The notes under the pieces are model-generated. The model did not search any database and had not been told where the DNA came from. It saw nothing but the letters and a program-made list of their open reading frames with translations. The translations under genes and the position numbers were made by a program. A stretch of DNA of 64,000 bases, from NCBI RefSeq assembly GCF_964355755.1, contig NC_092680.1, positions 10,106,001 to 10,170,000 of the forward strand, written 5' to 3'. Below, piece by piece: positions 1-13,188 of this stretch; position 1 is the first letter of the stretch, and each line of letters opens with the position of its first letter. This DNA comes from Antedon mediterranea (Eukaryota > Animalia > Echinodermata).

Positions 1-96
1 ATAAGATGTGAATTCATTGAGTCCTGTCCTTCAACTGGTGAACATGTACTACATATTAATCACATATTTACTGTGGTGAATGAAATCCTGCTTTAG

Positions 97-3000
97 CCTT
101 TGCAAAAAAGCCGTATACGATCCGTATACGCTGAAAACGTATACGGATCGTATACGATTTCACTGTTTACATTATTTCCACTCTTTTGCTCAACAAAGAG
201 TTGGCGTCGTATACGTTTAGCATACGTAACGTATACGTTGTTTATACATGATAAGAATATCGTATCATATACGAACAAACTAGGCCATTTTATAAATTAT
301 AATAGCAGTAATGAGTAGAATAGAACTAAATAAAACATTTAAATTGTCATTACACCAAATACGTACGTAGGCTCTGGCCTAGCTAGTACCAGCCATTAGA
401 TAGGCCTAGTCTAGTAGTATTATTAGTAAGTAGTAGGAGCTAGTACATAAGATCATATTTATTTCTATATTTATTAGATAGCCTAGGCTACCGATAAAAT
501 TCAAACAACGTTTTTCGCAAGTAAATAAAGTATGCTAAACCGGTATACTACTAGGAGGTAGGCCTAGAAAAAACAAGGGGCCATTTTCACAAATCGACGA
601 TGTTGTTTGCAGTTTTTCTTTATAAAATATGACAGAGGTCAGAAAGTGCAGCCGCCGACGACGACCGAGCGTCGCTCGGTTGCCTACAGTTCCAACTCGT
701 GGTCGACTCGGCTCCCTGGTGGCCTGCATATCATCGGGTGAATCATCAGGTACGTCGTTCGATCCTCTCAATTCGTCATGCCACGTGCGAGCTTTGGGTG
801 GTCAAATTACATCGTTATGTTAAACGATATTATTCCGCGACGTGTGTTGTAGCAATGGAGATGGAGTAACAATAATTCGGCAAATAATGCCGAAGAGGAA
901 AACCATGACCCAAAACAGAAGTGGGGTCATTGTATAATAATAATAATTATTTTTTAACGATGAATACATTCGGATTTTGAATATGAAGTCGATCACTTCC
1001 GCCGAGGAAAAAAAAAAAAAACACAATTATAGTGGTGATAGTAAATACAATTATATCGAATCTCAATTTATTCCCGGTAGCGAACAGATTGAATTGCTTT
1101 CATTTATCTCAGCGGTATTTCTGCTTGGTGATTAAGAAATCATAAAACATATCTTTCTTTATTTTCATGGTATTCCAATATGTTTAAAAAATAACTATCC
1201 TCAACTTTAAATAACAAATTAAATAAGTCTACTAAACATTGTTGATTTCCCATGGACCCAACAATACCCCAACTATTTCATTAGTAATTGTTTATTTGTA
1301 ACAGTTTATTTGAAATCCTTGTCCTTTGTTAATTCAATCCTTTTTAAAGTATACACTAACAGTGCATATTCAATATTATAGTAAAACGTCAATACGTAGT
1401 TACGAGGCGGTATCAACTAGGCTCATAGTTGTTTACCACGCCAATGATATGAATAAAGCCTATCTTATTAAATAGTATCGCGCCAGCGCATATACAAAAA
1501 AAAGTTACAAAGGTTCACATATTTATATTAACGATTTTTTTTTTAAATTTACGAATGAAATAATAAAAATAATTAAATACCGCTCGGCTTATCAATGACG
1601 GAGGCATAAAAATGGGGGCGTAGGGTACCATTTTACCAGGGAGATGTAAAATAATTATTTAACAAACATTTAACTGGTTGGTTTTACTGCGTTCGCGTAC
1701 AATTTATCATTTGGATTTTTTAAGTTATATGTAGGTTATGTTAAATTGTATTTATCAGTGACAACTCTAGGAAATTTACAGCAATTAGTTCTGTATGCCT
1801 AAAATAGTAAAATGCTCTAAAATGTCGGAGCTTCTTTTTTGTATTTCTGGTTGTTGAATGTTTTTGTTGGCACCCCCTAACTCTGCAACGATGATATCCA
1901 TAATGCATCGTATTTCCATTTCACCGTTGTTGATATACTACTAGCTAGAGTAGGTTATTAAAATAATACAATATAACCAAATCTAATATATGGGGGAAAG
2001 CTAGCTAGCTTATTTTCACAATGAGTGTACCACAGACTCTTTTCCTTGGCGTATTTTTCCCAGGCCTAGTTACTCTTAGTTTACTAGAGCTGCTGCAGTA
2101 GCTATATACTGCATATTCGATATATACAATTACAATATGCCTATAGCATAGCTAGCTAGAAGTCATCGAATGTACTATCTACTTGGGCCTACTGTAACTA
2201 GGCCTACATCCCATTTTTTATTTTTTTTTTATGGTGAGTTAAAACCCGTAGCCAAAAAATCAACAATGATGATTGAAAATGAATGAAATCTGATCCATCC
2301 ATGTGATGCATGCATGCAGCGCACATAACACAGGCACGTTTTGGGCGAATTTATTTGGATCATTCCATATATATAATAGGGAGCCACATGTATTCTACAT
2401 TTTTATTAAATCGTAATTTATGGATTTTACTTACTCGTTTTAAATTTAATATACTGCGGGCCCAATTTAATATTTATTTATTTATTTCCAAGTACATTAA
2501 CATTTTGTGTGATTCACTTATTAATGGAACATACAAAAGGTAAAGAAATAGCAGAGGGGATAAACAAGGCAGAACAGCCTGGGTGGGTTTTTATGCTTGC
2601 TAGAAAAACAACGTCTAGTAAAATACAGCACCAATTTTTTTCATTCGCGAAAACTATTTTTTATTTTATTTATTTTATTCATTTCGGCAATAAACATAAA
2701 ATAATAATTACAAAAAAAAACATAAAAATATATATATATATATGAAAAACAAGACACGAGGCCGAGGAAAGACAAAAGCATTAAACAAACGCTGTCACCG
2801 GTAAGGTGTGTCTCTCCAACACATAAATAACAAATAACAAGAATATATACAAATATAGTAGACATATCATGAACTAAATCATCATAGGGAATTTAATGTA
2901 CATATACCGACTGAAAAAAAAAACAAATTGTACACTAATTATTGAAGTCAAGATGCTCCTGCCATCGTAAACGTATGCTATCGTCGTCTTGTAAAAAGAG

Positions 3001-3250
3001 GGACAGTCCCTTTTCGCTTGGTAATACGATGCAGTTTGTATACACGCGTCGTCGTATACGGATCGTATTTGGATCGTATAATTAGGAAATTGTTTATAAA
3101 TGATTGTATACGGTTCGTATATGTTTATTATGCGGGCAGGAACTTCCGAATTGACGTATACGTTTCGTATACGAAGTGGACTTCCTGTACGAAACATATA
3201 CGAAACGTATGTAAATCGTATACGTTCGTATACGGTTTTTTTTACTGCAG
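97..3250. mobile_element. Probable non-autonomous DNA transposon (CMC/EnSpm-like) with CGTATACG-rich subterminal repeats at both ends
   Basis: Left CCTTTGCAAAAAAGCCGTATACGA vs reverse complement of right end CTGCAGTAAAAAAAACCGTATACGA (imperfect TIR); dense CGTATACG palindromes at ~110-275 and ~2965-3235; TSD not resolved. Confidence 0.55.
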
Positions 3251-3286
3251 TCAATCAAGGCAAAATGCACTCATTTAGTATTGGGT

Positions 3287-3329
3287 GCGCTTATGTCGAC
3301 ACGAAACTCATCTGTGTCGGCATAAGCGC
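3287..3329. other. Isolated 16-bp GC-rich hairpin in NOL6 intron
   Basis: GCGCTTATGTCGACAC-11 nt loop-GTGTCGGCATAAGCGC, one G.T pair. Confidence 0.8.
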
Positions 3330-3620
3330 TCCGAGCAACTGAACGCAACTGACAGGTGCACAAAAAACGTTGACATAAGCTTAGTTCATTTCAGTAACTC
3401 TCTTTCAAATGATGATGAATGATATAAAACAAACAAATAAATAATTGTTTGTATATTGCACAGTATGTATTTCTCACTTGTAGTTTAAATTAAAATTACC
3501 TAATATAGTGTAACATTAAACACTGCTTAGATGAACTGTTTTATGAGTCAGGGAACTTTATTTTTAGGCTTAGACAAGGTAGATTATTATTACGGATGTT
3601 GTGTTTTTTTTTTTTCTTAG

Positions 3621-3718
3621 TTTGCCGCTGGTAGGATTTTACCGCTTTCTTAAGCTGTTAATTAATTACGACTGGAATGGTTCACCAGTGATAGTTAACT
3701 TCAATAATGAGATGACAG
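3621..3718 (+). CDS. NOL6: NOL6 (nucleolar protein 6/Utp22) internal exon
   Basis: ttcttag|...|gtaat; encodes LPLVGFYRFLKLLINYDWNGSPVIVNFNNEMT, matching recalled vertebrate NOL6 (VGFLRFL..FDW.NNPL.VNLNNELT). Confidence 0.92.
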
Positions 3719-4083
3719 GTAATATTCTTTTTTAACTTTCATGTTTTCATCACTTTGGTAATTTTTAACGTCTTGTGTGTGTGTTTGTCTTATGAGTGGA
3801 TTGTCACCTGTATATCAGGACAGTAAAAAAAAATCACTATTGGTTAACCATGGCAATGTGTTTAAATATATAGTGTAAAAACCCTAATATTGTGCTTTCA
3901 GATGTTGATGTCAACATTTACTAGTGTGAATAAGCCATAAAAATCTATTTATAGCAGTTTTAAAATGTGACATATTGATACTGTCAACACTTACTAGTGT
4001 GAATACAGTTTAACAATCAGTTTATTGGAGTTTTAGATTCACATGTCTAGAGAGAACAAACTCTAATAATCAGTTCATTACAG

Positions 4084-4208
4084 TTTCAGATCGTGAAACG
4101 TTGAAGAACTATTTTTCAAACAACCGTGCTAACCTACCAGTGTTATTTGTAGTGACTCCTTGGGACAGGGAAGAATCGGTGTGGACCAAAAAATCACCAA
4201 CAGTACAG
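4084..4208 (+). CDS. NOL6: NOL6 internal exon
   Basis: ttacag|..|gtact; phase matches previous exon; (V)SDRETLKNYFSNNRANLPVLFVVTPWDREESVWTKKSPTVQ. Confidence 0.92.
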
Positions 4209-4290
4209 GTACTTAAAACTATATTCTATAATAATTTTTTTCGTCTGTAGTTGCATAAACATCGATATTTTACCACATATCATTATTATA

Positions 4291-4480
4291 GAGCAAGTCA
4301 AACGGCCTAGCGGTTAAGGCAGGGGCTCCATTTACCGTACCGTAAAAGCCAACAATATAAGCAAGGGTTCAAGTCAGACTCGCTCCTAGTTCTGCTGGTG
4401 GACAAGTCTTCTTGGATAAGGACTATAAACCGTAGGTCCAGTGTACACAGTTGTAACCTGTGTGCACTGGACCTAGTTCA
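4291..4480 (+). mobile_element. 3'-truncated tRNA-derived SINE with Deu/Nin-like central domain
   Basis: A-box-like CGGCCTAGCGG, B-box-like GGTTCAAGTC, GGATAAGGACTATAAACCGTAGGTCC shared with the full copy at 37579. Confidence 0.8.
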
Positions 4481-5124
4481 TTAATTCAATTCAATAAACT
4501 TTATTGTCAAACTCATAAATGACTTGAAACTTTGGCTGAAAGTACACACATTAAAATTGTCTAAAAACATTGTCGCACAAACAGTAAAAAAGAATAAAAT
4601 CACATAAAACAGAGGACAAGATGTTATATAAAAAAGTTAAAAGAGGACACAAAAAGTACAAATTGAGTTAAAAATACAGATTCAAGATACTTATTGCAGT
4701 TATCGTTTCCACCTTAAATTAAAATGCCTCATAGCAGATGGGAGTAAGGATCTACGTAGGCATTCAGTGTTCCAGCGAGGATATGTAATGCGCCCAGACC
4801 TGCTTAATTAACGTAATGTACTGGTTAAGGGGGTGACTAACATTCTGACATAATAACTTTAAGTTTATTTGTAAGTACGTTGTTAACAACTTCATCTGAT
4901 TTCTTAATATCGTTTCCTATTATCTTTTTGGCAGATTTACTTATTCTTTGTACTTTTTTTCATACATTGCTGGTTTAAATTGTTGAACCAAACTATTGCA
5001 TTAAAAGTTAAAACAGATAAAATAACAGATTCATAAAATAAAGTCAAGATCCTATTGCACACACGAAATTTCTTCAGTCTTCTCAAAAAGTAGTCGTTTA
5101 TAACAATTTGTGGTAACTGACTTA

Positions 5125-6050
5125 CGCCCGTATTCTTAAACCGGACTTTAGTCGTAGTTCGAGCTAAAATTAAAAAAATGATGTCATTTTAATTCATAAA
5201 CCGAACTTCAACTAAATCACCGACTAAATCAGGCCAACCTCGACTAAATCGAGACGGATTTTGATCGATTTTTTTAGTCCTGGAGGGGGCAGACTAAATG
5301 GTCGACTAAATGGTTTTTAAACGATGTTTATAAAAAAACGTAACAGTCATTGAGTTGTTAAATTGGCCAGATATTGAAGAATGAAATATCTATATTTATA
5401 TTAGCTTAATTAGATATACATTGGTATAAATTATAATAATGAAAATCATCTTTATTTACAACTGTATACAAATTACATTATTTTCTTCACGCAAGTCCGA
5501 CTTGAGCTACGTCACACGCCATAGCGACAATGGGAGATGCGGCAATTCACCACGCGATGGAATGTTTAGGGGGCCTAGCGCTTTCTTGTCACGCTATGAA
5601 GTGCGTGGTTCGTGGCGATCATACTTTGTTGGGGGCCTAGAAAATTTAAAAGTTACCGTACCGCCATGGTTCCTAAATATATTTTTAAGATTTTATTTGT
5701 TGTTAATCAAATATACTTCACTGTTAAATTAATACTGATATTGTTCTAATAATTAACGATTAAAATTGTTTTTCATGTATATAGTCCTGATGCGTAAAAA
5801 GTGTTGTAAGAAATGGAAAGTGATATCAATGCGCAAAATTTCGTCTGCTCCTCAAATACTCTCTTGTCATTGGCCAATGTATAGCCTTTGTTACCCAGAC
5901 GTGTGCAACTCGACTAAAAGCTCGACTTCATTAAGTCAAAAAACTTCGACTACTTCGTTTTTGAATCGAATTTGAAGTAATAGCTCGAACTACGACTTTT
6001 CCAAGTCGAACTTCGAACTACGACTAAAGTCCGGTTTAAGAATACGGGCG
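5125..6050. mobile_element. MITE with 38-bp perfect TIRs flanked by TA, inserted in the LINE
   Basis: CGCCCGTATTCTTAAACCGGACTTTAGTCGTAGTTCGA and its inverse; LINE coding sequence resumes across it. Confidence 0.9.
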
Positions 6051-6371
6051 TACGTGTTTTCCTTCAAATTAAGTTTATCATAGATTACTGTGCCTAAAAG
6101 TTACTAACAACTTCCACTTCATCGTTTAATATACATAGCTTAAATTATCATGTGTTTTGTTACCTTTTCTAAAATCAATGATTATTTCTTTAGTCTTGTT
6201 AACATTTAATTTTAGATAGTTATTAGAACACCAAGTAGAAAAATAACTGACATTATCAAAATATGACTTAGGTCATCATGTTTTATCAGGCCAACTAGAC
6301 CGGTGTCATCAGCGTATTTCACAGTAAAGCATTTGGTTAAAACTAGATCATTTGAACATTAAAAATCATTA

Positions 6372-7253
6372 AAAAATACACTTCTCTCCGAGAAACAACA
6401 TGGCTTCTTGAGGGGTAGGTCTTGTACCACCTTACTTACAGATGTTATAACTGATTGGTCTAAAATACTTGATGAGCGTTCTCCGCCCCATATCGATGCG
6501 ATTTTTCTCGATTGGCGGAAAGCTTTTGATCAAATTAGCCATAAGATTCTGTTAAGTAAATTACATAAGTTTGGTATCTGTGATTCAATGCTGAACTGGT
6601 TTAAATAAAGATTATACTTGATACTTGATACTTGATGCTTCCCAAGATCTGCCAGTCTGAAACGCCTTAATCTGATGTCCATTAACAATCGTATTGGGTA
6701 TTTATGTATTAATTTTGTTACCAAATGTATGTACAAATTATATGATGTTAAAGTTTTTAAATATTTATCTATTAATTGCAGACATGTTAATACCGGTAAC
6801 CTTAGTTGCGCAATAATTTTATAGCCCGGACTGATTTATTTCATAACTCTGTCTTTAATTTTTTTGTTAGACCTTTTAGAGATCTGCCTGCGGATCTCTG
6901 CGACCAACTTTTAATTAATATAAACTGTTTTAAGCATAGCCTTAAGAAATATTTTAATAATCTGTTTTAATCTGAACATTATGTATATTTTAAAGATATT
7001 TTCTAAATTCTATCTTTTTAAATTAACAATTTTTTATAAAAACCCATTGCTGAATTTTATAGTTTTATCTCAATTTTAATAGAATCCATGTATTATTCAT
7101 TTTATGTAAGTATTTCGATGTGGAGAGCCTCTCGACAATTATTTTTATTTATAACTTTTAGGTTATCCGGCCTCATTGACTTACTTTTGTATTGTTTTTT
7201 TTTGTACTGTTCTGTATATTGGCGAAATAAATGATATGATATGATATGATTAA
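6372..7253 (+). mobile_element. Internally deleted CR1/L2-type LINE fragment inserted into the minus-strand LINE
   Basis: QHGFLRGRSC..FLDWRKAFD RT motifs (6380-6608), then AATAAA+(TACTTGA)n, a LINE C-terminus-like stretch, and AATAAA+(ATGAT)n tail; host RT motif SPILF..YT|NDF is split by it. Confidence 0.75.
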
Positions 7254-7612
7254 TAGTATATAAGAAAATAAAATAGGAGATAAAACACAACCTTGTGGTG
7301 CACCAGTATTGCACATAAGTTTTTCTGAAATATTATCATTAAAACAGACGAATTGTTCCCTATCTTTTAAAAAATCATTGATCCATAAAATAGTAGCTGG
7401 ATTTATACCCAAGACATTCATTTTCTCCATTAAAATATGAGGTTGCAAAGTGTTAAAAGCGGATGAAAAATCTAAGAATAAAACTCTGGCATACGAATTT
7501 GGCCTGTCAACATGATCAAATATTTTATGTAATAAAGTTGTAACTGCATCTTCTACACCCCTTTTGGAACGGTAGGCAAATTGACAGGGATCTAAAAGAC
7601 TCTCAGTCTCAC

Positions 7613-9273
7613 CATGGATTAAAGAATAGAAGGATATGCATCGACGGTGACATCAAACGATTTTACAACGCGCTTGCCTATACTAAAGCACTGCTGCCAA
7701 TCAAACATTGAACTCCGTGTCTCTAACCGCGGCCCTCTGCAGAACGCTGCAAATCAACTGCTACATTTTTTTAGACCAAAACGTAACCATGTAGAAATCG
7801 TATGCGCAGTCTGAATGTTCTATTGACATGTCTGCGTCGATGATTAATTGACAACAAAAATGTATTGCTGAACAATTCTGTTTTAGTTTCATAACAATCG
7901 GACTACGAAAACTTCACTTTCTTACGACTGGTAATTTTAAGTAGTTGGTATTATTAATAAAATATGCAATTTTTATATTTGAATTATCATTATTTGCCTG
8001 CCATCTTCTGTCATTAAAAATTGCGTTAATCTATAGAATATTAAATTATGCATTTGACCATGTATGTTGTTAGCGTGTCCGGTGTCCACACATAGAACAA
8101 TCGTGTTTTAATATATGGCTAAGCAGTGGTTTCTTCATAAATCTCCTTAATTATCGATGTAATTATATTTAAATTTTAGTGCCTGGTGATTGGCTAGTGG
8201 TTATGTCATCATCATCACATCCAATCACCGGGCCTAATTGAATGAAAACAGCGATCCCTGATCCGGGATTGGCTGGCTATGTATAGTTGCGATACGTTAC
8301 CTAGCGGTCGTTTTGAAAAGTACACGCAGGGCAAATAATTAATCACGAACAAACGAAGTACCTATTATTATTCACACGTACACAAGAAGTAAGACAACGG
8401 TGAGGAGATCATGATTACACGTTGTATCTACTACACTTAAGATTAGCCTAGGCCTACCTAGGCAGTATCAATGTCGCCAAATCATATGGTTTACTAGTAA
8501 GCCTAAGGCCTAGGCCTAGTATCCTTGCTGATTTTGTAATTTTAATGTAGGCTGAGACAACAAATAAATAGTTATTGTCTCAGATGTAGGGCTACTACAG
8601 GTCATAAAATGCTACTTTAATGTCATTAAAAACATTAGCGTAGATCAATTGCGGCAGAAACCTATACTAATTACAATTATAGCATATACAATTCTAGGCC
8701 AATAACAATATAGGCCTAGTATTGTTTTTATCTGGTATATTGATGAAGTAGGCCTACGCGCAGGGTCTTCACAATAACATATCAATGTAATTTAATAACT
8801 GTTTTCAATAAACATAATACTCAGTGGCGTGAGGCAGAGGCCTGAAGCCACTTGTTTAGGAAACCTAAGTGGCCCTCCAAGTTTCAAAGATCGAGGCCTC
8901 GGACGTACGTTTTTAGCATTTTCGACATATTTTATGCCTGTTCCTCTGGGCACTGCTCATGGGGGCCCCAAGCTTCTGTTTAGCCAGTGAGCGCAAATAG
9001 CCGTTACGCCACTGATTATACTGTTCAAATATGAATGAATACATACAGTGCAACAAAGAACGCGCGAAAGAAGCCAACAAGGAATGTCGTTGCACATGTG
9101 CAGTAAACAATATATTAGGCACGCGACCGTTTCGTTGTTACCATGCGGTTAATTAAACCAAAGAATATTCTTTGATTAAACTGTAACATTGTGGGCGGGC
9201 CGCGGTCTGTCGGCGAGAGTCAAGGAACCCTTGATCTCACGTCGATGCATATCCTTCTATTCTTTAATCCATG
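7613..9273. mobile_element. P-element-superfamily-like non-autonomous element
   Basis: 34-bp perfect TIR CATGGATTAAAGAATAGAAGGATATGCATCGACG; 7-bp TSD GTCTCAC (7606-7612, 9274-9280). Confidence 0.88.
8822..9014. mobile_element. hAT-like MITE nested in the P-like element
   Basis: TIR CAGTGGCGT...ACGCCACTG; 8-bp TSD ATAATACT/ATTATACT (7/8 match). Confidence 0.75.
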
Positions 9274-12021
9274 GTCTCACTTAAAATCTCATTCTTAATT
9301 AATTTTTCTAAAATCTCTAACAGCAGTTATGGTAATGGGCCTATAGTCATTGAGAACTTTAGGTTTATTATTCTTTGACAGGGGGTGAATTAAGGATTTT
9401 TTTCCAGATTCTAGGAATTTCAAATGTACAGTACGCAGTGACCAGTTGAACAACGACGAAAACACTTGCGAGAGTTGCTCATTGCACTCTTTTAGCACCT
9501 TTCCACTGACTTTATCCGGCCCTACTGCTTTCTTAATGTTAATTTTCCCAAACATGAACTTGACATCAGATGTGTCAACCACCACAGGCTTGTCATGTAA
9601 TCCACTATCTACTATCTCGTTAACAGTTTGAGATCTTTTTGCACTAAAGTCCTTGTCGTCAAACCGAGTGTAGAAAGAGTTATACTCGCTCACCATTTTT
9701 TTGCCATTTCCTGCTGTAATATTATTACCCATCTTATTTCCATAAACTGTCATGCTGGCATACTATTCCATACCTGCTTGCTGTTTCCAGACTTAAACTT
9801 TGCCTCCACTTTTTTTCCATACTGTTTCTTTAATACTGCTAGCTACTTTTTTTAATTCCTTCTGTATTTTTCTCCTTTCATCGTGCATGGTTAGCACATT
9901 TTTGCTTTCTTTGCACTAATTTCTTAATATTCCATTTAACCAAGGTTTATTATTAGGGAACAACTTCATTTTCCTTTCCTTAATAATACTTCCAACACAA
10001 AAATCAATGTATCCGGATATCGCGTCTGTCGCATCATGAATTGTAGCACCTTCCAAAAAAATATTCCAGTCGGTAGATTCAAAGCATCCTTTTAACTGTT
10101 CAATGTTTTCGTAGGACCACTCTTTTACAGACCTGATAATAGGTTTAATTGCCTTTATTCTCTGAACATATTTAGGCATCAGGTGAACAGAGTTATGGTC
10201 AGAAGCGCCAATTCCTGGTTTTATTATGCATTTATAAGCCTTAGTAACATTGCCATAGCATTTATCGAGAATGTTCTCACCTCTAGTAGGTTTGTCTACA
10301 TACTGGTGGTAGTGTGGTACTGCTTTATTTAGTTCGGACTGATTAAAGTCGCCTGCAATGATTATAACCGCGTCAGGTGAGTCATTCTCCATGTCTCTAA
10401 TATTAGATCATGTAAATAATCAGCTGAGTTTTTCACAATTGCTGAGGTGGTAATGTATATGGCAGTAATAAAAATCATAGGAAATTCCCTTGGGAGATAA
10501 TAAGGCCTAAGATAAGAGAGAGCGTAAGTACTTCGATATCCGGTGAACAGTATTGTCTGAAAATGCTTACATTAGAGCACCAGCGGTTATTTATATAAAT
10601 ACATACACCTCCCCCACATTCCTTAAGCGCATGTGGTGTCCTATCTCCTCGTACACATGTAAAACCATCAATATGGCTGTAACTTTGAGTGTCCTTATTT
10701 GGTTGGAACCATGTTTCTGTCACAACCATTAAACTTACATCTCTGTAGTCATTCAAGGTAGATACCTTAGTCGTAAGTTCATCCAGCTTCTCCCCGACAG
10801 AATGAGCATTGAACATTATGATCGAAGGAAGCGGTGGATTGAAGGTTCTACGCTTCAGTCTTTGACGCGGGCTTCCTGATAGATAATAGGCTAACCTGCA
10901 GTGATTTTAGGGCCTGACTACTGTACACCAATCTCCTTGATACTGCACTTAAACACATCTAGAAATCACAGAAATCCACAAGACAGAGAAACACAAGTCA
11001 CCGATATAGTTTGTCAAACATCAACAATCAACAAAAATCAATCAAAAAAGCGACTTAGACAACATTTATGCAGAGTGTGGACAAACACGTCGCTAACACC
11101 GGTGAACTTGTACGGAAAATAGACCCTGTATCAAGAGGATTACAACCTATCTGATAGGACAGTGATTAATTGGACACATGTGCCTAAAGACATACAACAA
11201 AAAATATCGATGAACAAACCAAGGCATGAACTATGAGGCATGATTACAGAATAATTATAAAAGATACAGTTAAGACTTTCCACATTAAAATACACAAACA
11301 TAATAATGTTTAATGTAAAAATATGTATCGAAAGTTAAAAGGTTAAAATAATATATAAAATTCAACTGATATACAAATTTTGCATCAAGCTAGAATACCA
11401 TGAACATGTTTTAAAATTTCACCAATATTGGTTTTGATGTTTTTCATTCAAAATTATTGTCAGCTACTTCCAATTCTGTTGTTGATTGAAGAGTTTAGTT
11501 TTTTTAAACATCCTCTTGTCTTGATGATGTATTGATGGAAATACTGTATACTGCTTTTAGACACATTGCAGAACTCCAGTTTTGAATTTTCTCATTTTTA
11601 TACATTTTCTGTGTATGTTATTTGAGGTAAAGCTATTTTAAATAGTCAAGAAAAATTATGCAATCTCCAATTATAAATATTTTTTTATATATTAAATATT
11701 TTGTAATATGGCTGAACATAATGGGGTAGATAAACGGATGGCCCAATGGTATTAAGTATACCTTGTATAACACTAATGCAATTACTATTGTTCTTATTGG
11801 CAATAAAGAAATCTGAAAGCTTCAAATGACAGAGATGGCAATTCAATGACATATTTACAGACTATGTAATGACTCTTCATTCACATTCCTCTTTTTGAGG
11901 AATTTATTTATAAATAATAATAATAATATCCTGGATTGATCTTTTTAACATTTTTTTAATACCAATTACCAATACATTAAAATTGAATGAGAAAATTGGA
12001 TATAATTACACCAAAGCGGTG

Positions 12022-12377
12022 TGTAACGGTAGTCGTGTCGAGGGCCAAGACAATAACGATGGCACACAATGATTCAATGTACAAAATATAATATTTATTC
12101 AATCAAAAAGTAATATTATAAAACAATGTGAAACGTAGTGATTCTGACTGATGTTATAGTCTCAAGAATCAATACCCGAACTAACTAACTTAACTACAAA
12201 ACATATATTTATATTAAGGGGACAGGAAGGATGACTAATTAAATGGTACCACATCCTGATTGACTTTCCTTGGAAGACCCACCTCAGGAATGTAGTGTTC
12301 CAAGTTAAGTAGACATCGGGGAGAGTAAGGGGTGAATAGCCTGTGTGACTAATAGGGTTTGGTCCCACCATGTTACA
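12022..12377 (-). repeat. 3' LTR
   Basis: TGTAAC...GTTACA, appears identical to 15290-15645. Confidence 0.95.
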
Positions 12378-12388
12378 TTCCCCCGCTC
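12378..12388 (-). promoter_or_regulatory. Polypurine tract
   Basis: GAGCGGGGGAA on minus strand abutting the 3' LTR. Confidence 0.8.
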
Positions 12389-13188
12389 GTCAATGCGAAG
12401 CCGTGTCTTCGAAACCAACGAGTCACTGAGCCAAAAATGTATTGAGAAACAAACTTAACTACGAACATCTTATAAATCTAAACAAAAGAAAACGTAACGC
12501 AAATCGTCACAAATCAATAAATCGGCAAACGTGGCAAAACATACAAAAGTAAAAGTAAAATTGGTAAAAGTTCTCAGATTAAAAGTCATAATAATAATAT
12601 AACGCGTTCATAATAATATATAGCTCAGCAAACATGTTCAGTTGAAAATGAAAGTCAGCAGGTCATAAATGTAGTAACTCCTGTATTTACTCCTGATGGA
12701 TCCATCAATCAGCTGTTGCCTAGAAACAAGTTGACCTGCTTCCCAAAATTCAGTTCATAACAAAAAAAATTGGAGAACGACATAACTGCAGTTGACTGTC
12801 CACTATATCTTGAAGAAAATCTTTAAAAAGTGTACATTTCTGGATTCAAGTTTCTCATCAATACGAGGAATAAAGTGAAATAGTTTATCAATAAGTAATT
12901 CTCATGTAAGTGTTAAAAGTTTCTTGTGATCCATTATAATTAACTTCATTCAGAGAACATAGTTGTGAAAAGCTTCTTGTACCCAATGGGCAGGAGGGGA
13001 GAACCAATAAAACACAATTCAACATACACATCATCATGACAGTGGCAGTAAACTTAATACTACATTTAACTAAATCCAATCTGATAAGCAAATAACAAGA
13101 TGAAATTGATTTTACAAAATTATTGAAAAAGGCACTCTTAACTACTGTACATGTACATAAGGTGTAAAAATAAAGTATCCTAACATAA

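Larger units (their letters stand above)
4481..11120 (-). mobile_element. Near full-length decayed LINE (Rex1/Babar-like) with APE endonuclease and RT, interrupted by three insertions
   Basis: Minus-strand fragments RRTFNPPLPSIIMFNAH..VTETW (10475-10860), IAGDFN..SDH (9916-10392), KAVGPD..DYRPI (9295-9753), GAPQGCVLSP, KYADDT; 3' AATAAA plus (TTGAA)n tail at ~4481-4505. Confidence 0.88.

Noticed and set aside
93-3342. ORFs on both strands at 93-318 and 2874-3342
   Set aside because: By-products of CGTATACG subterminal repeats; no protein motifs.
12162-12371. Repeated small ORF MVGPNPISH.. (also 15430-15654)
   Set aside because: It is the LTR sequence occurring twice, not a gene.
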